Below are positions 18,461-28,800 of a stretch of 51,573 nt of DNA, piece after piece; position 1 is the first letter of the stretch, and the number at the start of each line of letters is the position of its first letter. The notes beneath the pieces were generated by a model. That model was not told the DNA's origin and did not search any database. It saw nothing but the letters and a program-made list of their open reading frames with translations. The position numbers and the translations under genes are program-made. The stretch is from Planctomycetota bacterium (lineage in GTDB: Bacteria > Planctomycetota > GCA-002687715 > DRQF01), in the NCBI GenBank assembly GCA_036479435.1, contig JAZGFI010000065.1:1-51573 (forward strand). The letters are read 5' to 3'.

Positions 18461-21400
18461 ATGATTCGATCTCAAGAATTCACGGGGGTCTTGTTTGTCG
18501 TCAGCCTTGCGGCGTTCGGTGTCTTGGCTTTTGGACAGAATCAGCGAGGTCGCAAGATGGTTCGGGGAGAGTTGTCAATCCGCATTGATTTGAAGCAGGC
18601 CCTCTCAAATGGGACTTCGAATGAAGTTGGACGAGCACTCCTGGCCAAGATCGGCTACCGCCGCGAGAATCTATCCGAGGAGAAGTGCGCGCTCTACGTG
18701 AAGCGCCGTCTGACGATTGGGGAATTGACGGTGTTGTCGGCTCAGGGCGTCGACCTGCACGAGACTTGGGTTCCGCCGGTCGAGGGAAAACACCCTCACG
18801 GCTTCTATTTGGCGACTGTCAGTCACGAGAGTTTCAAATTGATCGAGCGCGATCAACGATTTGTTCGTGTAGAGAGCACTGAGCGCCTTTTTTCAACTCA
18901 GAATGACTTGGGCCGTTCTGTCATAAATGCCGACGACGTCAATTCTGGTTTGGGAGTTTCGGCTCGTGATGGGAGCGGCGTCAAGATTGCCATCCTCGAC
19001 ACTGGCGTTGACCTTACAAGCACCGACTTTCCGACGCCGGTAGAGGCATTCGATGTGACGGACGGAGTTGGTCTCGCCAACTGGTCGACTAATGTCGCCA
19101 ATACGACCTCCGGACACGGGACGCATGTCACCGGTTCCGCAGTCGGCAATGGAGGGCACTCTGGGGGCTTGTACCAGGGAGTCGCGCCTGGTGCCGACTT
19201 CTACTTTTACAAGATCGCAGAAGACAGTTTTGGTGGGATCTTCTGCGACGACATTATTGAAGCACTCACCAGAGCCGCGTTCGTGGGCTGTGACGTCATC
19301 TCATTAAGCATTGCAGGCTACACCGAATTCATCGATGGCTCTGACCCCATCTGTCAAGCTGTAGACGTCGCCGTAGCTGCAGGCTCGTCCGTCTTTATTT
19401 CCGCAGGGAATCAGGGAGACAAGGAACATCACGCGTCGGCTGCGGCTGCACCCGCGACAACCTCTGCGCCCGTTGGCTACTTGGTCGACAACTCTGCGGG
19501 ACCCTCGACGCTGACGACGAGCGATTTTTTTAGAGTGATTTGGAGAGACGACATTCCGGGAGACTTCAACATCTCTTTGAGTGTCGCTAACCTCGGGCCG
19601 GGCGAATCCATCACTCTTTTCACGTCAAATTCAAGTGTGAGAGGAACGGAAAGTCGGTTCTATCGCCTGACAAAAAACCTCGCGGCTGGGGCCACCAAGA
19701 CCTATCAGTTCGAGTACGTCAACTCCGCGACCAGCGGAACGACTCCGCTCGTCCACAGCTACTGGTTTGCGGGAGATGGCATCTTCTCCGCTGCTGACCC
19801 GGCGTACACGGTGCAGGCGCCAGCACTCGCTGACGATGCCATTGCGGTCGGCGCCTTGCATCATCGCGCGGCGTGGACGGACTACCAGGGCAACGGCCAA
19901 ACTGCGAGTTCTGGTGTTTTGGGGGATCTTGCCAACTTTAGCTCCAAAGGCCCGCGCATCGACGGCCTGATGGCGCTCGACCTTCTGGGCCCAGGCTCTG
20001 CGTCCATTTCGATTCGTGATATCCCATTCCATAGCAACGATGCCGCGACCATCGACGACGATGGGGCGACTCTAGACGGTAGTGGCCCGGCGAATTACTA
20101 CGCGCTAAGCGGCACAAGTATGGCGACTCCCCAGGTCGCCGGAGTTGCGGCATTGGTGCTTGAGGCCGATCCGACGCTCTCTCCGGCGCAGTTGAAGTCC
20201 GTCTTGACATCGACGGCGGCAAACGCCGCGTCTCCTGATAGCTCAAGAGGCCATGGCCTTGTAGATGCGCTCGCCGCAGTCCTCAGCCTTGAGCAACCCC
20301 CCGGGATTACATCGATCACTCCCATGTCTGCGCCAGCAGGCATGTCTTCCGTGACGGTGACGGTCACGGGAAGCAACTTCACTGCCGACAGTGTTGTCCA
20401 TTGGGATGGCATACTGCAGACAACGACTTTCACGAGTTCTTCGATCCTGGGCACGTCTATCCCTGGGTCACTGCTGTCCAGCGCCGGGACGGCTGTCGTG
20501 ACCGTCGTGACAGCGCCGCCGGGAGGCGGGATAAGCAATGGCGAGGTCTTTACGATTGGCGTGTGCGCCTCGATGATTGCCGCATTCCCTTGGACTGAGG
20601 ATTTTGACTCGCTTCCCGGAAACGGCGGAACGGCACCTCCCTTGATTTGGGAGCAGGATCAAGCAGATGGAGGCGGCACCGGTAGTAATGCAGAATGGGT
20701 TTTCCGAAGTGGGGACACTCCCACGATTGGAACCGGGCCAGCGAGTGATCACAGCACGGGCGTGGCCGGGCAGGGCGTCTTCGCCCACGTCGAAGATGAC
20801 GGTGACCATCCTGCCGTGATCCTGTGGACTCCCTGCCTCGATCTTTCGGCGCTTTCGAACCCGATCATGAGATTTTGGATACACAGCAACAATGGGGCCG
20901 TGCTACCGACCATGTCAGAAAACACCTTGCACGTCGACGTTCTCGACCTTGTGGCAGGAGTTCTCGTTTCAGACGTTGTCACTCCCATCGGTCACAGGGG
21001 TGACGGCTGGGTCGAGCAGATCGTCGACCTTGCGCCCTTCGCTGGCTTGGCCGTCCAGATCGGCTTTCGCGGAACAAGCGATGGGGGCTCGAGACTACAC
21101 GACATAGCCTTGGATGACGTCGTTGTCTTCGAAGGCTTGCCTGCAGGCGGTCAAGCGCCACAGCTCGGTTTCGCAATCCTCGACATCGAGGACGCACTAA
21201 ACCCGAATGGCCTTGGTGTAGGTAGCGGTGGCAACGGTCCTTACGACGCGACTACAACGACTATCCAGCCGCTTGACATTTCAATCGTTGGCGTGCCAAA
21301 CCAAGCGATCTTGCTGTTGATGGGGCCTCTTAATGTTGGATCGGCGGTTTTCAATCCTCAAGGGCAACTCGATTGTGGCACTGCAATTGTCTCCGGTACC

Positions 21401-21613
21401 GGCGTCCCTGGTGGTCTTTCCATCGTCGCTGATGGCAATGCCCCGGGTTTTCTCAATTCGCTGTTTAATCTGTCATCAAATGGGACGTTTGATTTTTCAT
21501 TCAGCATCCCGGCTTCGCTTTCGGGCTTCCATTCCTGTTTTCAGGCAGTCGTCTTCAACGGCCAAGCCTCGGTTGTTTCAATTTCAAATGCCGTCGATTT
21601 GTTGATATTCTGA
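18461..21613 (+). CDS. Secreted S8 subtilisin-like peptidase with IPT/TIG and MAM-like C-terminal domains
   Basis: Signal peptide; triad ILDTG, GHGTHV, GTSMATP; SAGN oxyanion motif; ITSITP...VTGSNF IPT repeat; TGPASDHST MAM-like motif. Confidence 0.9.
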   Translation: MIRSQEFTGVLFVVSLAAFGVLAFGQNQRGRKMVRGELSIRIDLKQALSNGTSNEVGRALLAKIGYRRENLSEEKCALYVKRRLTIGELTVLSAQGVDLHETWVPPVEGKHPHGFYLATVSHESFKLIERDQRFVRVESTERLFSTQNDLGRSVINADDVNSGLGVSARDGSGVKIAILDTGVDLTSTDFPTPVEAFDVTDGVGLANWSTNVANTTSGHGTHVTGSAVGNGGHSGGLYQGVAPGADFYFYKIAEDSFGGIFCDDIIEALTRAAFVGCDVISLSIAGYTEFIDGSDPICQAVDVAVAAGSSVFISAGNQGDKEHHASAAAAPATTSAPVGYLVDNSAGPSTLTTSDFFRVIWRDDIPGDFNISLSVANLGPGESITLFTSNSSVRGTESRFYRLTKNLAAGATKTYQFEYVNSATSGTTPLVHSYWFAGDGIFSAADPAYTVQAPALADDAIAVGALHHRAAWTDYQGNGQTASSGVLGDLANFSSKGPRIDGLMALDLLGPGSASISIRDIPFHSNDAATIDDDGATLDGSGPANYYALSGTSMATPQVAGVAALVLEADPTLSPAQLKSVLTSTAANAASPDSSRGHGLVDALAAVLSLEQPPGITSITPMSAPAGMSSVTVTVTGSNFTADSVVHWDGILQTTTFTSSSILGTSIPGSLLSSAGTAVVTVVTAPPGGGISNGEVFTIGVCASMIAAFPWTEDFDSLPGNGGTAPPLIWEQDQADGGGTGSNAEWVFRSGDTPTIGTGPASDHSTGVAGQGVFAHVEDDGDHPAVILWTPCLDLSALSNPIMRFWIHSNNGAVLPTMSENTLHVDVLDLVAGVLVSDVVTPIGHRGDGWVEQIVDLAPFAGLAVQIGFRGTSDGGSRLHDIALDDVVVFEGLPAGGQAPQLGFAILDIEDALNPNGLGVGSGGNGPYDATTTTIQPLDISIVGVPNQAILLLMGPLNVGSAVFNPQGQLDCGTAIVSGTGVPGGLSIVADGNAPGFLNSLFNLSSNGTFDFSFSIPASLSGFHSCFQAVVFNGQASVVSISNAVDLLIF

Positions 21614-21637
21614 TCTCGCTAGGCCGAAAAAGAGAAC

Positions 21638-22576
21638 ATGACCAGTCCTTCGAAACTCAATCGCACTAGCAGGCCTCGACTTCGGCGGGCCTATGGCCTT
21701 TCCATTTCGTCGGAGTTGGAACTTCCCGAGCTTCTTGAGTCCGACGATTCAAACACAGCTGCGGATGTTCAGATTCGATATGGTTCCATTTCGCGTTGGC
21801 CGAAAGAAATTGAGGACACTCGAAATGGCATTTGGAGTGAGGGCAACCAGATCTGTCACTACTTCAAGGACGTTGGGGCGTTTCTGGTTGAAGACGGTTG
21901 TAGGATCACGATCGATCCCGAGGGAGATGTCGCCGAAGGAGTATTGCGCCTTTCACTTCTCGGCCCTGTCATGGCGCTTGTCTTGCACCAAAGAGGGCGC
22001 TTTATCGTCCACGCGAGTGCCGTGTCCGTTGAAGGCGAGGCTATAGGGTTCATAGGCGCTCACGCGTGGGGGAAATCGACGATAGCCACGGCTTTCCACC
22101 GGCGCGGTCATGGTTTGATTAGCGACGACGTTCTTGCCATCGAGTTGAGGGATGAGTCCTGCTACGTCTGCCCGAGTTTCCCGCAACTGAAAGTTTGGCC
22201 CGACGCCGTCGCGTCTCTAGGCACGGATGTTGAAGCGCTCCCTCGAGTCCATCCCGAATTCGAAAAACGAGCCATTCAGTTCAAGAGTTTTGACCATCAG
22301 TCCCAAGTCTTGCGGAAACTGTACGTTCTCGATCGAGTAGACACAGCTCCTCAAATCATGGATTTGACGCCAAGTGCGATGATCGGAGAGTTGATCAAGC
22401 ATTGGTATGGCGCGCGCTACGGCATCGAGTTCCTGAGAGCACAGTCTTGGAAATCGCATTTTCAGATTTGCGCGGAAATCGCAACCAAGGCCGCAGGGGC
22501 ACGACTTTGTCGTCCTTCCGATCTGGAGGCCCTTGATGCCACAGTGGACCTCGTTGTGAGTGATTTATGTGAATGA
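21638..22576 (+). CDS. HPr-kinase-like lasso peptide kinase
   Basis: YGLSISSELELP, HASAV, Walker A GAHAWGKST, SDD, PQLKVWPD. Confidence 0.85.
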   Translation: MTSPSKLNRTSRPRLRRAYGLSISSELELPELLESDDSNTAADVQIRYGSISRWPKEIEDTRNGIWSEGNQICHYFKDVGAFLVEDGCRITIDPEGDVAEGVLRLSLLGPVMALVLHQRGRFIVHASAVSVEGEAIGFIGAHAWGKSTIATAFHRRGHGLISDDVLAIELRDESCYVCPSFPQLKVWPDAVASLGTDVEALPRVHPEFEKRAIQFKSFDHQSQVLRKLYVLDRVDTAPQIMDLTPSAMIGELIKHWYGARYGIEFLRAQSWKSHFQICAEIATKAAGARLCRPSDLEALDATVDLVVSDLCE

Positions 22577-22766
22577 AGAGCCTGCGCGAAAGCCAGAAAT
22601 TGGACGAAATGTCCTTTTTTTTTGGCAAAAATTGTAGCCGTTGCGTAGGCTCATGGGTCAGGCCGGCGGCGTGGCCCCCTGCAGTTTTCCGCCCCACCCC
22701 TAACGTTAGCTATCGAGATGAGATTCGTTCGCCGGTTTGGGCGGCCATTGAGAAGGAACCGCACTC

Positions 22767-23045
22767 TTGAAGATCACGACGTCGTCGACAGTAGTCGCTA
22801 TCAAAGAGCAGGTATCCTGCGATCTCTCGGACGACACGGTCGTCTTGCATCTCAAGTCGGGCGTCTACTTCAAGCTCAATGAAGTCGGGGCGCGCATCTG
22901 GGAGTTGCTTGTCTCTCCACGGGGCTTTCTTGACCTTCAAGAGATCATCGTTTCTGAATTTGAGGTTTCGGCCGAACAATGTGAAGGCGATCTCATCAAG
23001 ATTCTCGGTGAACTTGCGAAACACGGCCTGGTTGAGGATGGGTAG
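22767..23045 (+). CDS. PqqD-family RiPP recognition element (lasso B1)
   Basis: DTVVLHLKSGVYFKLNEVGARIWELL...EFEVS...D...L...GL; TTG start with AAGGA RBS. Confidence 0.92.
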   Translation: MKITTSSTVVAIKEQVSCDLSDDTVVLHLKSGVYFKLNEVGARIWELLVSPRGFLDLQEIIVSEFEVSAEQCEGDLIKILGELAKHGLVEDG

Positions 23046-23505
23046 GATTCGGAATTACCGCCGACTCTCATTTCGGAGACGGCGTGCGCTTCGCGCCGCA
23101 TTTTTGGCCATCTTGACGGTGAGATTTCTCATTACGGTTCTTCCGTTTCGCTTTTGGAAGCGGCTCCTCGTCTACCGAGAGTCGGCGCTCCGGGGTCGAG
23201 GCATCTCGGCTCCGGAAACCACGAGTGTTGTCGTTTGGGCCGTGTCGCTGGCGAGTCGCCATGTTCCGTGGTCAGAGACCTGCCTCGTTCGGGCGCTCGC
23301 CGCACACAAGTTGCTCGCCCGCTCCGGGGTCGCCTCCATCATCCACATTGGAGTTGGCTCGTCGCCGGAAGGCGCTTTCCAAGCTCACGCATGGGTCCAG
23401 TGTCGTGATGTCGTTGTTATTGGCAATGAGCCTGCCGAGGGCGGAGTCGAGCGTTTTACGCTCTTGCATACGCTGGGTGCGGCGCTGCCGTTGGCACGGA
23501 GCTGA
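23038..23505 (+). CDS. Lasso peptide leader peptidase (B2, transglutaminase-like)
   Basis: TCLVRALA (Cys), IGV, AHAWV (His); ATG 23038 overlaps the B1 stop. Confidence 0.92.
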   Translation: MGRIRNYRRLSFRRRRALRAAFLAILTVRFLITVLPFRFWKRLLVYRESALRGRGISAPETTSVVVWAVSLASRHVPWSETCLVRALAAHKLLARSGVASIIHIGVGSSPEGAFQAHAWVQCRDVVVIGNEPAEGGVERFTLLHTLGAALPLARS

Positions 23506-23582
23506 TGCGATGAAGCTGACAGCTCAGACGCGCCCTGCCGATTGGGATTTCAGGAAAACTCACAATTGCCAGGAAGTCCGTT

Positions 23583-24623
23583 ATGGATGTCGCTGAACCG
23601 GTTTTTGCCACCGTAGCGCGCTACCTGATGCGAACCGCAGTCGGGAGCGATGCCAAGGAGCAGTTAGAAGATGTTCGGCGTCTTCTGCCAGGGTTACGAC
23701 CGGCGGCAATGTGTGCACTCATGACAGAACTGGGCGTACACTTGCTGCTGCCCCAGGCTTATCAGCAGTTCCACACGGACGGTGTCCTTTGCCTGTTGCC
23801 AGAAACTATTCAGCAGCAACTCGCGGCAGCGCGCACAGGCGCCTACATCAATGCTGGCGTAAGAGCCCGCGCTCTAAGCCGCGTAGTGATGGAATTTCGG
23901 AAATGCGGGATCGATCCGGTGCTCATGAAAGGCATGGCGCTCGCCAACACGGTTTATCCGATATTTGGCGCTCGCCAAATGGTGGATGTAGACCTCTGGG
24001 TGACCAGTGGTGACCTCAGCGAACCTGATAGAATCCTCGCGGATCTTGGCTATTTGCTCAAAGACGATTTGGCGGACGGCCACGTCTTCGATGGCCCGGG
24101 GAACGTTCGGCTTGACGTGCACCGGCGACTTCGCATCTTTGATCAATTTGAACCGGCTATCCTTGTCACCAAAGTCAGCCCCCCCCACCTTAGCCTTGAC
24201 GAAGTCTCGGTGTTTTCTCCGCCTGTGACCCTATCTCATGTCGCCTATCATATGGCGGCTCATTGGCCAAAAACCGGATTGCAAGCCAGATGGGTTCTCG
24301 ACTACGCGATGCTCATCGCTTACCACAAGCGTGACTTGAAGCCCGAGGAAGTCTTGCGGTTTACTCCGGCAGAATCTCGAGGTTGGGTTTCCGGCCTTGC
24401 ACGTTTTGTGGCCGAGGAATTGGGTCTCGATCCCCATCCAGGATTGCTTGACATTGACGCTGATGGGCCAAAGATTACGCTCCAAGAAATCGCTCGCTCC
24501 CGCCGTCGTGCGCTTTGGGGCATCCCGAAGTGGCGTGGCTGGTTGCGCCTCGGCGCGGCCGTTACAGGTGTTCGGCCGAGGCCGACTTGGCCTCGGCCGC
24601 GCCTCGCTGACTTCGTGCCGTAA
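23583..24623 (+). CDS. Nucleotidyltransferase (NTP_transf_5-like)
   Basis: LMKGMAL..T.YP..GAR.M.DVDL, LDVH, H..H. Confidence 0.85.
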   Translation: MDVAEPVFATVARYLMRTAVGSDAKEQLEDVRRLLPGLRPAAMCALMTELGVHLLLPQAYQQFHTDGVLCLLPETIQQQLAAARTGAYINAGVRARALSRVVMEFRKCGIDPVLMKGMALANTVYPIFGARQMVDVDLWVTSGDLSEPDRILADLGYLLKDDLADGHVFDGPGNVRLDVHRRLRIFDQFEPAILVTKVSPPHLSLDEVSVFSPPVTLSHVAYHMAAHWPKTGLQARWVLDYAMLIAYHKRDLKPEEVLRFTPAESRGWVSGLARFVAEELGLDPHPGLLDIDADGPKITLQEIARSRRRALWGIPKWRGWLRLGAAVTGVRPRPTWPRPRLADFVP

Positions 24624-24809
24624 AACGCTAATGCCAAAAGTGCTCGCTTGGATCGACAACCAGTCCGCCGCCGCGTAAGGTAACCGCTATCTAACCTGGG
24701 CCACCAAGCATCAATGAAAATAAGGCCGCCTCTCTGGCATCGGGCTAGATGTCGCCAGGATAGGTGACCCTTTCAATAATCCTAGTCCTATTTCCTATTC
24801 AACAACACC

Positions 24810-25859
24810 ATGAATTCCCGAGTCGAACTTCAAGATGGAACAGTGTGCTTTGGGGAGAGTTTTGGCGCGACCCGCCCTGTCGCCGGGGAGGTCGTTTTCA
24901 ACACCGGCATGGTCGGTTATCCCGAGAGCCTGACAGATCCCTCTTATCGGGGGCAGATTCTCGTATTTACCTACCCTCTGGTGGGGAATTACGGGGTGCC
25001 ATCCGGTCGGCTATCGCGGCTGGAGAGTGATGAAGTTCAAGTGGCTGGAGTTATTGTGGCGCAGTTTTCGCGTTTTCATCGACATGCGGACGCGGATGCT
25101 TCATTGCAAGGTTGGCTTCGCGATGCCGACGTGCCTGCAATTTCCGGTATCGATACTCGATTCCTGACGCGTCATCTGCGCGCACACGGTTCCATGCTTG
25201 GAAAGATCCTTCCGGACGACCGCGACGTCGCCTGGAGCAACCCCAACGATCTCAACCTCCTGTCGGAGGTCAGCATCAAGGAACCCGTTGAGAGTGGGTC
25301 CGGAGCAAAGACGGTGCTCCTTGTCGACTTCGGTTGCAAACGGAGCATTGAAACCTCGTTGCTCCGTCGCGGTTTCCGCGTCAAGCGCGTGCCGTGGAAC
25401 TGTTGTATCAGCAATGAGGCCGCAGATGCCGTCCTCCTATCCAATGGGCCAGGTGATCCGCGGCACTACTCAGGTGTCATCGAACAGGTCGCCTTGGAGC
25501 TTGCAGGCGATCGGCCCGTACTGGGGGTTTGCCTCGGTCATCAACTTATGGCCTTGGCTTCTGGTTGTGAGGTTTTCAAGTTGCCCTACGGACATCGAGG
25601 CCAAAACCAGCCCTGCCGTGAAGTCGGCACCCGCCGGTACTTCATCACCTCCCAGAATCATGGATACGCCGTCGATTTGGCAACAATTGACGGTGTTTGG
25701 CTCCCGTGGTTTGAGAATGGGAATGACGGCACCTGTGAGGGGCTTCGGCACTCTCAAAAACCGCACATGTCCGTTCAATTCCATCCCGAGGCACGCCCAG
25801 GGCCGAATGACACAGCATTTGTATTCGATCGATTCTTGGAGCTGATCCATGCCAAGTGA
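24810..25859 (+). CDS. carA: Carbamoyl-phosphate synthase small subunit
   Basis: GEVVFNTGMVGYPESLTDPSY, LSNGPGDP, GVCLGHQ, SQNHGY, QFHPE. Confidence 0.97.
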   Translation: MNSRVELQDGTVCFGESFGATRPVAGEVVFNTGMVGYPESLTDPSYRGQILVFTYPLVGNYGVPSGRLSRLESDEVQVAGVIVAQFSRFHRHADADASLQGWLRDADVPAISGIDTRFLTRHLRAHGSMLGKILPDDRDVAWSNPNDLNLLSEVSIKEPVESGSGAKTVLLVDFGCKRSIETSLLRRGFRVKRVPWNCCISNEAADAVLLSNGPGDPRHYSGVIEQVALELAGDRPVLGVCLGHQLMALASGCEVFKLPYGHRGQNQPCREVGTRRYFITSQNHGYAVDLATIDGVWLPWFENGNDGTCEGLRHSQKPHMSVQFHPEARPGPNDTAFVFDRFLELIHAK

Positions 25860-28800
25860 TCGCGTGCAGAAAGTGCTCGTCCTAGGAAGCGGCGCCTTGA
25901 AAATTGGCGAAGCAGGCGAGTTCGACTACAGCGGAAGCCAGGCGATCAAGGCTTTCACCGAAGAAGGAATCGAGACCGTTCTCGTCAATCCTAACATCGC
26001 TACGGTCCAGACTTCTCAAGGTCTCGCAGACAAGGTCTACCTCCTGCCAGTGCAACCGCAATTCGTGAAAGACATCATCGAGCGCGAACGACCCGACGCG
26101 ATCTTTTTGTCTTGTGGAGGGCAAACGGCTCTGAATTGTGGGCTAGAACTCGCGGAGTCCGGCGTTCTCGACGAGGCTGGCGTGCAGGTGCTGGGTACAT
26201 CAATCGAGTCGATTCGAGATGCCGAGGACCGTCAACGATTCGCGGATCGTCTCCGGTCGATCAATGTCAAGACCCCCGAGTCGAAGTCGGCCAAGTCTCT
26301 TGAAGAAAGCATCGCCGTGGCAGATGCCATCGGCTATCCCGTCATGGTGAGGTTCGCTTACACCCTCGGCGGCCTCGGCTCTGGTCGCTGCGCTGATCGG
26401 GCCGAGTTCGTCAGCCGGGTCACGAGTGGATTCGTGCACAGCAGTCAGGTTCTCGTCGAAGAGTATCTCGAAGGCTGGAAGGAAGTCGAATATGAGATTG
26501 TTCGCGACCGTTTCGACAATTGCGTCGCTATTTGCAACATGGAGAATCTTGATCCCCTTGGCATTCACACCGGCGAGAGCATCGTCGTCGCGCCGAGTCA
26601 GACTCTCGACAACGACGAATACCATCTTCTGCGCGACATCGGAATTCGGGTGTTCCGTGCGCTTGGTTTGGTGGGGGAAGGCAACATTCAATTTGCTCTT
26701 CATCCAAAGAATGGTGACTACAGAGTCATTGAGGTCAACCCCAGGTTGTCCAGGAGTTCTGCACTCGCATCCAAGGCCACGGGGTATCCTCTCGCCTATA
26801 TCGCCACCAAGCTTGCCCTAGGCTACGGTCTCGCCGATATCCAGAACCCCGTCACCCAAACCACGACGGCTTGCTTCGAGCCCGCCCTGGATTACATCGT
26901 GGTCAAGATTCCTCGATGGGATCTGTCGAAGTTCGTTCTCTCTTCCAGCGAACTCGGGACGGGCATGAAGTCTGTCGGCGAGGTGATGGGTATTGGCAGG
27001 AGTTTCGAGGAGGCGCTACAAAAGGCCCTTCGAATGGTGGACACTGGGGCGGAGGGCCTGATCGAAGATGGAGGATTTGATCGAACCGAAGAGTTGATCC
27101 CTTGGGGCGAACCGCGTCCAGATCGTATTCTTCGCATCGGGCGCGCGCTTGCCAATGGCGTTACGGCGAACGAGATCAGCCGGGTGACCCATATACATCC
27201 CTGGTTTGTTGCCGGCGTCGAAAACATCGTCGCGATTGGCCGAGAGTTGCGCCTGAAGCGAGGGCAGGTGCTTTCCGAGGTGACGCTTCGCAGAGCCAAA
27301 CAAGCGGGTTTTTCGGACGTGCAGATTGCAGGATTTATCGGTGCTTCATCGAGTGAAGTGGCGTCGCAGCGAAGCCAACTCGGCCTCCATCCCGCCGTCA
27401 AGCAGATCGATACTTTTGCGGGCGAATTCCCGGCGTCGACCAATTACCTTTACCTCACCTACCACGGCTCGGCTAACGATGTTCAGCCGTTGCCGGAACA
27501 TGAGCGCCCGGTGGTCTTGCTTGGGGCCGGACCCTACCGAATTGGCTGTTCGGTGGAGTTTGATTGTTGTTGTGTCGAAGCCGCTCGTTCATTCAGGCGC
27601 CGCGGGCATCGAACCGTTATCATCAACTGCAATCCCGAGACGGTAAGTACTGACTATGACGAATCGGATCGACTGTATTTTGAGGAGCTTTCCTTAGAGA
27701 CAATCATTGAGATCCTTCGCTTGGAGTCCCCGATTGGAGTTGTCGTCTCGATGGGCGGCCAGATTTCAAATTCCCTCGCAGGGCCGCTGAAGGCCGCTGG
27801 CGTACCGATATTCGGCACCGACCCCGACGACATCGATCGAGCCGAGGATCGCCATGCATTCTCGCGCATGCTCGATCGCGAGGGCATCAAGCAACCGGCC
27901 TGGCGGGAGATGTCGTCGATAAGCGGAGTCTTGGAGTTCTGCGAGGATGTCGGCTTCCCCGTTCTTGTCCGGCCATCCTATGTTCTCAGCGGATCGGCAA
28001 TGGCGATTGCGACCGGCCCCGCCGAGCTTAGTGAATACCTCACCAGTGCCGCAGACGCGTTCTCGCGAGCGAAAGTCGTGGTGAGCCGCTTCATTGAGGA
28101 CGGCAAGGAGATCGAACTCGACGGAGTCGCAGCTCACGGCGAGATTGTCTCGATGACGATCGGTGAACACATTGAGAATGCGGGTGTGCATTCCGGAGAT
28201 GCAACGATCGTAGTCCCTCCGCAGCGGATCTTCTCGGAGACCGATCGCAGGATTCGCGAGATCGGCCGTAAGATCGCTCGAGCCCTCAATATCACGGGTC
28301 CATTCAACGTTCAGTTCATTGCTCGCGAGAATGATGTCATGGTCATCGAGTGCAATCTCAGGGCCAGTCGATCGCTGCCATTTGTCAGTAAGGTCACCAA
28401 TTACCCCTATATGGAAGCCGCAGTGGCCGTCTTTCTGGGCGAAGAGCCTCCGGTGGAGGAGGTGTGCTATCGCGATCTGAAGCACGTTGGCGTCAAGGCG
28501 CCCCAGTTTTCCTACTCTCGACTGCAAGGTGTCGACCCCAGGGTCGGCGTCGAAATGGCCTCCACGGGCGAGGTCGGTTGTCTTGGTGAGAGTTTCGAAG
28601 AGGCATTCATGAAAGCCCTCATCGCAGTCGGGTTCCGCTTTCCGGTGAGGGCTGTACTGCTATCGACGGGGCCACTGAAGGACAAAGTGGCATTTCTTGA
28701 GGGAGCTCGGCACTTAAGTCGATCTGGCGCTGAGATTTTTGCGACTAGAGGTTCGGCCCGTTTCTTGTCAGAGCAGGGGGTCCATTGCAATGCCGTTGGC

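Noticed and set aside
22573..22770. 65-aa ORF between kinase and RRE as a second precursor
   Set aside because: No YxxP leader and no Thr/acceptor pattern
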